Shown: positions 56,566-64,000 of the stretch, in pieces
Numbering within the stretch: position 1 is the stretch's first letter
Layout of the letters: each line of letters starts with the position of its first letter
Origin: an uncultured candidate division Zixibacteria bacterium
GTDB taxonomy: Bacteria > Zixibacteria > MSB-5A5 > UBA10806
Length of the DNA stretch: 64,000 nucleotides
Assembly: GCA_963817915.1 (NCBI GenBank)
Contig: CAWFQL010000012.1
Location: 384,001-448,000 of the forward strand
Direction: 5' to 3'
Translations under genes and position numbers: made by a program
Notes under the pieces: generated by a model
The model's database searches: none
What the model was told of the DNA's origin: nothing
Seen by the model: the letters and a program-made list of their open reading frames with translations, nothing else

Positions 56566-57698
56566 CTTTTTGTCGATTGCCAGGTAATATACCTTTCACC
56601 TTTAAAATACTCAAACCATGCCACTAATATTGAGTAATTTGCCATTACAAAGAAATATGGAATTTTGAATAGCTTGTTTTCTCGAAGTCTTTTAATTGCG
56701 AATGCTAAAAATGCAATGCCATAGAAAATAATTTGACAGAGAAAGATCGCCCGGTAGATGCTACCCCGATGTAGTAGATAAGTGTTGGCGATAAAAGCGA
56801 CTATTAACGCAAATGGCACTAGCCATCTTGCTAATTTATGGCTTAGCATTTGAATAGAGTAAAAGCCATATTTTAACGGATTTAAGATATATTTAAAATG
56901 CATAAGTACATCAATCCCATGTACAACTGTGCGCACTTTACGCTTGAATTCCTTTTTATCATCCTCAATTATATTATAGTATCCTATGGCGTCATCATCG
57001 GAGACAGTCCGATAACCATTTTTATAAGCAACTATAGGCAGATAAAAATCGCTGGACATATCATCGTGCCATTCAGCACACAACGAATGTCGTGTCGCGT
57101 AAAACGATCCGCTAGCCCCGATTAAAGATCCCACTTTGCTCTCTAATGCTCTGAGCACCATCTCATACCTTACATAAAGGCCTTCGCCCTGTGATTCATT
57201 GTTTTCATTAGCAATAATGTCTGTTCCGGAAACCACTCCGATCTTAGGATCGGCAAAATTACTTACAATGATCGAAATCGCATTTTCTTTTAGGAAAGTG
57301 GTCGCATCGGACAAAATGATAATTTCGCCACTCGACTTTTCTACGGCTTTTCCCTGGCAAAAGTGTTTCCCATGTCTCTCTGGAAATGAGATTAATATTA
57401 CGCCTTTATTTTGGTACGATTTTACGATTTCATCCGTCTTATCCGTGGATCCATCGGATGCAACTATAATTTCCATCTTATCTTTCGGATAAACAGTTCT
57501 GAGGGTGCTATCCAATTTTTGTTGAATCCGTTTTTCTTCGTTGTAGGCTGTAATTATCACGCTCACAAAAGGGAAAAACTCCTTTTTATTTACATTTTTT
57601 TGGATCATGTATGAGAGTATTTTTAAAAGTACAAAATATCCCAAATATGCCCAAATGACCAAAAATATCGCGGAGGTGAATGCAAAATAGATGGTCAT
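56562..57698 (-). CDS. Glycosyltransferase family 2
   Basis: SVIITAYNEE, SDGSTD, LSDAT; C-terminal TM helices. Confidence 0.9.
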   Translation of the reverse strand: MTIYFAFTSAIFLVIWAYLGYFVLLKILSYMIQKNVNKKEFFPFVSVIITAYNEEKRIQQKLDSTLRTVYPKDKMEIIVASDGSTDKTDEIVKSYQNKGVILISFPERHGKHFCQGKAVEKSSGEIIILSDATTFLKENAISIIVSNFADPKIGVVSGTDIIANENNESQGEGLYVRYEMVLRALESKVGSLIGASGSFYATRHSLCAEWHDDMSSDFYLPIVAYKNGYRTVSDDDAIGYYNIIEDDKKEFKRKVRTVVHGIDVLMHFKYILNPLKYGFYSIQMLSHKLARWLVPFALIVAFIANTYLLHRGSIYRAIFLCQIIFYGIAFLAFAIKRLRENKLFKIPYFFVMANYSILVAWFEYFKGERYITWQSTKR

Positions 57699-58822
57699 TT
57701 AAGAAGCTCCAGATATAACTCTTGATATTTACTAATCATTGTCTTAAGAGAGAATAATGAAATCGCAAACTCTTTTCCTCTTTCTCCCATCTCAAGCCTG
57801 AGTTCGTTATTCAAAACAAGCTCTGATATTCTATCGGCCAAACTGACCGGATCCCCCGGATTTACGAGATAACCTGTCTGGCCCGATTTAACTACTTCAG
57901 GTATGCCACCGACATTTGTGGCAATTACGGGTCGAGCGGCCATCATTGCTTCGACGATAGATACGGGCAAACCTTCGGATATCGAGGCGAGCAGAAATAT
58001 ATCGATACTTCTTAGAATTTGTGGGATATCCTTTCTGAACCCGAGGAATTTAATTTTATCTCTTAGTTGATAACTGTCGATCTTATCCGATATTCTATTC
58101 TTGATAGTGCCATCGCCTTCTTCTCCTATTAGCAGAAATTTTGCGCGGCGATTTTTCGAACAGACTAGTTTGGCGGCATCGACTAAAATATCATGCCCCT
58201 TTGGTGTCCTGAAATTGGCAATATTGGCAATTAGAATTTCCCCATCATGAAAATCAATCTCTTTTTTAAATGCTTCAATACTATAATTATTGTCTTTCGG
58301 ATATTCTGGAACGCCATTATAAATTGTTTGGACCTTCTTTACAGGGAATTTGGCTTTTAATAGATATTCATTCTTCATGAAATCGGCGACGAAAATTAAA
58401 CTCGACGCGAAATTTCTGATCAAAAAATACCTTAAATTTCTATATCGTTCGTGAGCGCCCGGAAGCGCAAGCTCATTATGAAATGTGCAAATTACAGGGA
58501 TGCCTAGAATCTTTCCTGCTATACTTCCGTAGAGATTAGCTCCAGGAAGATGAGCGTGTATCACTTTAATTTCATTGTTTCTGCAAAATCTGATTAACCT
58601 AAACAAAAATGCGAAATCCCATGACTTCTGACTGGGAATTACGCTGACTTGAATTCCATGTTCAGCCAGAAAATCATAAAACCAACCTGGCCGAAACAAT
58701 GCCACGCTTGGAATAAAAAGATCGCGATCGAGATTATTGGCAATATTGAAAAGAACGGTTTCCGCCCCGCCAGGTCCGCTGGTCTCATTGAGAAAAAGAA
58801 TATTGAAAGGCTTCCTCGTCAT
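57695..58822 (-). CDS. Glycosyltransferase family 4
   Basis: GPGGAE, KGH, EGLPVSIVEAMMA. Confidence 0.9.
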   Translation of the reverse strand: MTRKPFNILFLNETSGPGGAETVLFNIANNLDRDLFIPSVALFRPGWFYDFLAEHGIQVSVIPSQKSWDFAFLFRLIRFCRNNEIKVIHAHLPGANLYGSIAGKILGIPVICTFHNELALPGAHERYRNLRYFLIRNFASSLIFVADFMKNEYLLKAKFPVKKVQTIYNGVPEYPKDNNYSIEAFKKEIDFHDGEILIANIANFRTPKGHDILVDAAKLVCSKNRRAKFLLIGEEGDGTIKNRISDKIDSYQLRDKIKFLGFRKDIPQILRSIDIFLLASISEGLPVSIVEAMMAARPVIATNVGGIPEVVKSGQTGYLVNPGDPVSLADRISELVLNNELRLEMGERGKEFAISLFSLKTMISKYQELYLELLK

Positions 58823-58873
58823 CTATTTAACTGTCCAAAGTCATGCTGAATAAGAAAGTTGCCTTTTCTAAAT

Positions 58874-60739
58874 TTACAGGATTTCATTATCTATATAAAT
58901 CCTATGCCACAATTCGAGACTAACCAATTCCCACAATAATTCCCCATGGTCAAATTTGCCCGATAAATGCTCATTCGCTAAATTTCTGACGACGGCAGAA
59001 TCTATATAACCTCTTTGGGCATATTTTTCCTCCGAGAACAGCTTTAGATATCGTCCCATCCCTTTATCATCGCGGAACCAACGAGATAATGGCACTCCAA
59101 ATCCCGATTTTTTCCGGGTTATTATTTCCATTGGCAGGGATTTTTCGGCTAATTCTTTGACAATCGCCTTTGTATCAAATCCTTTGATTTTTAGATTTAG
59201 AGGGACTGTCGTAGCCCATTCCACTAATCTATGATCAAGAAATGGAACTCGGGCTTCAATGCTCGCCGCCATACTCATTTTATCCTGACGATTCAATATC
59301 GATACTAAATAATTTTTCAGATCGATCCTCAGAATCGATTCAGTCAAATTGCCCGGATTTATTTGCCAGCCAGGGATTAAAGACAGTCTATCTCGGATAT
59401 AGCTGTACCCGCTCGAATTAGCCAGTATTGCACTCGCCTGTTGCGGGGTGACAAATGATGAATTCAAGACGGCCATTTCCTGCAATTCCAGTGGAAGCAA
59501 TTGAGCAAGCTTATTCATCCTTCTCATATTACCATATTTAGCGACTTGGCTAAATACATTCTTGGCAAAGCGCGGAAATCCATATAGGCGTGAGTAGATT
59601 TTCGCGATATTATACCTTGGATAGCCTCCAAAAAGCTCATCGGAGCCTTCGCCTGTCAGGACAACGGTGACAAATTGCTTAGCTAATTGGCTTATAAGAA
59701 ATATTTGCACGGAATTCGCATGGTTGAGAGGTTCATCATTATGCCAGATCATTTTGGGCAAAACATCGGCAAAAGTCTGATTATTCACAGTGATAGTATG
59801 ATGATTCGTGCCGAATTTTTGCGATACCATAAGGGCGTAACGGCTTTCGTCAAAATCCTTTTCCTCAAAACCCACTGAAAAAGTATTGAGATTAAAGTTC
59901 CCTAAGCGGGAGGCGTATGCGGAAGTTAGACTGGAATCGACTCCACCGCTGCAAAACGTGCCGAGGGGTACATCGCTCATCAACCGATACTTAACCGAAG
60001 CATTCAGCAGCTCATCGAGTTTGGTGACTGCTTCCGACTCGCCCATACGGAGATATTCATTCGAATTCGGCAGATCCCAGAATTTCTTAGTCTCGATTTT
60101 GCCGTTCTCCAGAATTAAAATATGCCCCGGCAATAGATTATAGATATTCTTAAACATTGTTTTCTCGCCGGAGACAAACCTGAATATCAAATATTCTTCC
60201 AGTCCATCTGCGTTTATCTCGGGGCGAAGGAAATCACTTTTGAAGATTGATTTTATCTCTGACGCAAACGCGAATCCCTTATTAGAATGATGATAATAAA
60301 GCGGCTTGATACCCAATCGATCCCTTACCAATATCAGGCGCTTCTTTTTGTCGTCCCAAATGGCAATCCCGAACATGCCATTCATTTTCTTGAAGCCGTC
60401 AATTCCTTCTTCTTCGTATAGATGCAGAATGCTTTCAGTGTCACTCTTGGTCTTATATTGATGTCCCTTGGCAATAAGATCTTTTCTAAGGTCCTGATGG
60501 TTGTATATTTCGCCGTTGAATATCAACCAGATATTTCCGTCTTCATTGCATATAGGCTGATGTCCTGTGCTAAGATCAACTATGCTAAGTCGTCGAAAGC
60601 CCAATCCGGCATTATTATTGATATATATTCCGTCATCATCGGGACCGCGGTGCGTCATGACATCTCTCATCTGAATGAGGATATCCTTATCAACTATATT
60701 ATCTTTATCTCTATTAACTATTCCGCAAATCCCACACAT
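58874..60739 (-). CDS. asnB: Asparagine synthase (glutamine-hydrolysing) family amidotransferase
   Basis: MCGICG, HRGPDD, RRLSIVD, FNGEIYN, SGGVDSS, LTGEGSDELFGGY, EARVPFLDH. Confidence 0.92.
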   Translation of the reverse strand: MCGICGIVNRDKDNIVDKDILIQMRDVMTHRGPDDDGIYINNNAGLGFRRLSIVDLSTGHQPICNEDGNIWLIFNGEIYNHQDLRKDLIAKGHQYKTKSDTESILHLYEEEGIDGFKKMNGMFGIAIWDDKKKRLILVRDRLGIKPLYYHHSNKGFAFASEIKSIFKSDFLRPEINADGLEEYLIFRFVSGEKTMFKNIYNLLPGHILILENGKIETKKFWDLPNSNEYLRMGESEAVTKLDELLNASVKYRLMSDVPLGTFCSGGVDSSLTSAYASRLGNFNLNTFSVGFEEKDFDESRYALMVSQKFGTNHHTITVNNQTFADVLPKMIWHNDEPLNHANSVQIFLISQLAKQFVTVVLTGEGSDELFGGYPRYNIAKIYSRLYGFPRFAKNVFSQVAKYGNMRRMNKLAQLLPLELQEMAVLNSSFVTPQQASAILANSSGYSYIRDRLSLIPGWQINPGNLTESILRIDLKNYLVSILNRQDKMSMAASIEARVPFLDHRLVEWATTVPLNLKIKGFDTKAIVKELAEKSLPMEIITRKKSGFGVPLSRWFRDDKGMGRYLKLFSEEKYAQRGYIDSAVVRNLANEHLSGKFDHGELLWELVSLELWHRIYIDNEIL

Positions 60740-60968
60740 TATCCAGCTCCATTTAAGCGATTCCGACTTTCCTTATTACCGTAAATCAAATTCCATCTTA
60801 ATCCAACTTGTCCATTTCTGAAGTCTTAATCGATATTTATCATATGATTTATATCGGCGGCGGCATTGTTGAAATTATATTCAAAGCCTTTCAAAGGCAC
60901 GCGAATTTTGCCATGTTTTCGCTTGTATTCATTATAGTCAATATCTCTGCGCAATAGCCGCCTATTTT

Positions 60969-61715
60969 TCATCTATTAACATAATCCCTTATATACCTAA
61001 TCAAGTTTATTATAGAGCCGCCGCAATAAATGAATAGTATCTTATAAATATTCAGTTTCCCATTAGAATTTACAGAAAAAATGCGGCTTTTCGAATAAAA
61101 ATTGCCATTTTTTAGGGACAACAGCAAATCCTCCGCCGAGTTTCTTGGCGAGCTGACAATTGTTGAAATATGGTAGAAATTCGCCGGACTATGAAGATCA
61201 AGTCCGCAAAATGCCTTAAGTTCCGGATGCCATTTCTTAAAACGAGAAAACATTCCAACCGACCTGTATTGAGGCAAATATTTCCTTTCCTGTCTGTTCC
61301 AGATTTCGCACCCGTCCAACATCCTGATCCAATTAGAATCAAATGGATAGTTCCTGACCGTAGGGTGAGCCAATACAGCCGCGCCGCCATTTGATTGAAT
61401 ATGCTTGATTATTGTGGCGGGATCATCAGAGGTACATGTCTTAACAACTCCATAACCCAGAATATCGATATCGTCATGGCATCTAAATTCAATCCCTGGG
61501 ATTATCAAGAAATCGGATGTGGATAAATGCGCACATCGATTAGCCAGATCGGCCATAGATGATTCATTAATGTCATACGAATGTTCGGTAATGGCAATAA
61601 ATTGAAATCCTTTGCCCTTTAGAAAATCGGCTAATTGTTCCAGGGAGAGCGTGCCGTCATGGGAAAGATTCGTATGAAGATGTAATGCTCCCTGCAGTTG
61701 CCCGATACCATTCAT
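60969..61715 (-). CDS. PHP domain metallohydrolase
   Basis: LHLHTNLSHDG, IAITEH, IPGIE, LAHP, GLDLH. Confidence 0.82.
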   Translation of the reverse strand: MNGIGQLQGALHLHTNLSHDGTLSLEQLADFLKGKGFQFIAITEHSYDINESSMADLANRCAHLSTSDFLIIPGIEFRCHDDIDILGYGVVKTCTSDDPATIIKHIQSNGGAAVLAHPTVRNYPFDSNWIRMLDGCEIWNRQERKYLPQYRSVGMFSRFKKWHPELKAFCGLDLHSPANFYHISTIVSSPRNSAEDLLLSLKNGNFYSKSRIFSVNSNGKLNIYKILFIYCGGSIINLIRYIRDYVNR

Positions 61716-61751
61716 TATCGATTGCCCTGAGCCTGGTTTGTCAATTTCACC

Positions 61752-62975
61752 TCATTTAATCCTGAATATTTGCTTGCACCATACAATAAGCTCATGAAAA
61801 AACGGCCTGATATCGCTTAATTTTAGGACTTCATATTTCATGTTTGGTTTGTAGAATTTGCAGAATTCGAAAATTGTCCTGATTCGTCCGAATGATCCGT
61901 CAGGCAAATGCAATTTCTTTCTAGATTTGAACAACCGTGCCAGGAGATGATCGACATCTCCCATGAGCCATCGCGATTGAACTCCAATCTTATAGTCAAA
62001 CTGAGGTTTTATATCGCCATCGATTGTCATTTTATAGAGCATATATGGAAAATCCATATCCGAATCAATTGCCAATTGCAGTGATCCCCAGAATCTGGCA
62101 TTGATTTCCATTATCTTAGGAATATTATTCTTGGCATCCAATTTGAATTCTACCATCGCCACGCCATGCCAATTCAGAGCTTTAAGAAGCTTAAGCGAGT
62201 AATCACTGATAATGGAATCAGGAGCTATAGATTCTCTCAATACGCTTACCCCTCCGGAAGGGGGTATTTCGCGAATTCTCCTATGAAAGAAGATCGCCTT
62301 CGCATCGCCCTTATTAAATAGAGCAAATGCTCCGAGGCCCGGCCCCTGTATTCGCTCCTGGATTATTGGAAGCGGCATAGACTTATCGCTATTTTTCAAT
62401 TTAGCAATTAACTCATTTTTTGTATTAGCGTAGCCCACACCGGTGGCAACCCACCCAGCGTCTGATAAATATTTTGATCGCCTGGGTTTGATAACGACGG
62501 GATAATCAAAATCAATATTTGAATTAATTATATCTTCTACACAACCGGGGCTATAGCTTTTAGGGAATGGTATTCCGATTTTCTTGCATAGATCAATGAC
62601 TTCCGATTTTTCGGATGCCCGCATAAATTGCTCTCGTTCAACGATTGGAACTTTAGTCAATTTCGCGATTTCCTCTTTGTATTGTGCCACAAGATAGCAG
62701 GTCAAATCGGTTGTTGGAATAATCATGGCATATTTATTCCTTTTAAGCTCCTGCAATAGAGATTCTATGAATTTCAGAGGATATTTAAGAGGGGAGATGT
62801 ATTCAAACTTAGCAGCGCAATATTTGGATCTTGAGGCCAGACAGGGAATATTGTCCTCCCCAACAGTCACATTTATGCCTCTTCTTCCCAGCGATCTTAC
62901 GATAGCCAATGACGAACGTTGCCGTCCATCCAATACCAATACGGATTCCATATTATTTTTGCTTAAGCCCGCCAT
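61752..62975 (-). CDS. ATP-grasp ligase, polysaccharide-locus type
   Basis: LAIVRSLGRRG, YPVVIKPR, IQERIQG, GVAMVEFK, MEINARFWGS. Confidence 0.87.
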   Translation of the reverse strand: MAGLSKNNMESVLVLDGRQRSSLAIVRSLGRRGINVTVGEDNIPCLASRSKYCAAKFEYISPLKYPLKFIESLLQELKRNKYAMIIPTTDLTCYLVAQYKEEIAKLTKVPIVEREQFMRASEKSEVIDLCKKIGIPFPKSYSPGCVEDIINSNIDFDYPVVIKPRRSKYLSDAGWVATGVGYANTKNELIAKLKNSDKSMPLPIIQERIQGPGLGAFALFNKGDAKAIFFHRRIREIPPSGGVSVLRESIAPDSIISDYSLKLLKALNWHGVAMVEFKLDAKNNIPKIMEINARFWGSLQLAIDSDMDFPYMLYKMTIDGDIKPQFDYKIGVQSRWLMGDVDHLLARLFKSRKKLHLPDGSFGRIRTIFEFCKFYKPNMKYEVLKLSDIRPFFHELIVWCKQIFRIK

Positions 62976-62983
62976 TTCATTGT

Positions 62984-64000
62984 TTATTCAAATCTGCTAA
63001 GATGCAATGAAAACATCGCTCTTGAGAATTTGCCTAGAGGTCCGATTGAAATATCATTGTGAATTCCAACCCTTCCTAAGGCGAATATATTTTTTACTTT
63101 AATTCCTGAATTCTCGTTTCCTACAATAAATGCGTATTGATATCCGGCCTTTTCGACAGCCTTTTCAATTTCCTCATTATGGTTACCATTGGGATATGAA
63201 AATGAAATTATCGGCTTTTCGATTTTCTCTTCAATAATCTTTTTTGATTTATGCAACTCTTCATTGACCTCATTTAGTTCAATGATAGTCAATAGCCTAT
63301 GCGACATCCCATGAGATCCAAATTCTATATGAGCCTTGCTCATTTCTTTCACTTCGTCCCAATTTAGCATTAAACGATCTTCTTCTGCGCGCGCGGGGGC
63401 AGAGCTCGCCGCATTCTTTAATTTGCCTATTATATCGTAGATGATACTAATTTCTACTGATTTTAATTTTTCTATTAAACTGTCTTTATCTTGGATTATG
63501 AAATCCAAATCGTCAGCCAGCAAATTTTGAGCAGATTTTGAATCCGGTAATTTCCCCAACGAATTCGTTAATACGCTCTTTAACATATCCCGCGTAATTG
63601 CCGGATTCGCCAATATCGAGCTAATTTCATAAAACCAAAATATCCTGCCACTACCAATAAAATCAACTGCCAAAAATATCGTCGCCGAAACGCCATATTT
63701 GTTTAGTATGGGATAAGCGTGAATGAAATTATCCCGCCATCCATCATCAAATGTGATTAGCACTGATTTTCGGGGCAAAAGGTTATTGTTTTTGATGGAA
63801 TTATCAAATTCCCTCATAGAAATCGGCTTATATGTTTTTGCAAGAAATTCAATCTGCTTTTCAAATACTTTATTATTCACGTACAGACCGGGCTGAAGGG
63901 AATCCTTGTCAGTGGTTTCGTCTATTATTCGGTGATACATCAGGATTAAAGGACGGGCTTCGCCCGAAAATTTCCCTTTCAAATAAGTAATTATGGCCAG
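62984..64000 (-). CDS. Polysaccharide deacetylase (5' partial)
   Basis: ILMYHRI, ITFDDGW, FGSHGMSH, FSYPNG; frame is open to the window end. Confidence 0.9.
   Translation of the reverse strand: MAIITYLKGKFSGEARPLILMYHRIIDETTDKDSLQPGLYVNNKVFEKQIEFLAKTYKPISMREFDNSIKNNNLLPRKSVLITFDDGWRDNFIHAYPILNKYGVSATIFLAVDFIGSGRIFWFYEISSILANPAITRDMLKSVLTNSLGKLPDSKSAQNLLADDLDFIIQDKDSLIEKLKSVEISIIYDIIGKLKNAASSAPARAEEDRLMLNWDEVKEMSKAHIEFGSHGMSHRLLTIIELNEVNEELHKSKKIIEEKIEKPIISFSYPNGNHNEEIEKAVEKAGYQYAFIVGNENSGIKVKNIFALGRVGIHNDISIGPLGKFSRAMFSLHLSRFE

Noticed and set aside
1..64000. CRISPR array, tRNA, rRNA, IS transposase
   Set aside because: No regularly spaced repeats, cloverleaf/rRNA signatures or transposase motifs were seen by eye. 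A covariance-model search was not possible.

Overview
Chromosomal window from an FCB-group bacterium, most likely Zixibacteria. This is inferred from secreted proteins ending in 'NYPNPFN...G.YF' T9SS/FlgD-like C-terminal domains (CTDs) and 'GD.N....NGLD.TY..NYFKGG' dockerin-like repeats. Main contents: several peptidases (C25, M3B, C1, M36, S9A, S33); a three-gene secreted operon with a lysozyme/SLT-like domain; ada; a nucleotidyltransferase/small-protein pair; pit/DUF47; a type III PKS; an ECF sigma/anti-sigma operon; a sugar-phosphate-utilisation (SPU-like) microcompartment locus with a probable RpiB-DeoC fusion; an HTH-PTS IIA gene heading an Ehr (NiFe-less hydrogenase-4-like) complex; and part of a surface polysaccharide locus. 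The most novel-looking signal is at 43.6-45.6 kb. It holds small secreted FN3-like proteins that lack strand A but, in two genes, carry a C-terminal strand-A-like 'GIGPPRxxxW' tail, a possible donor-strand fibre. An intact CTD, absent from the ORF track, lies there in the -1 frame behind a G6 run. At least eight single-base frameshifts in conserved genes suggest assembly indel errors, so all frameshift claims need read-level checks. No rRNA, tRNA, CRISPR array or transposase was seen. All calls come from motif recognition by eye, without database searches.
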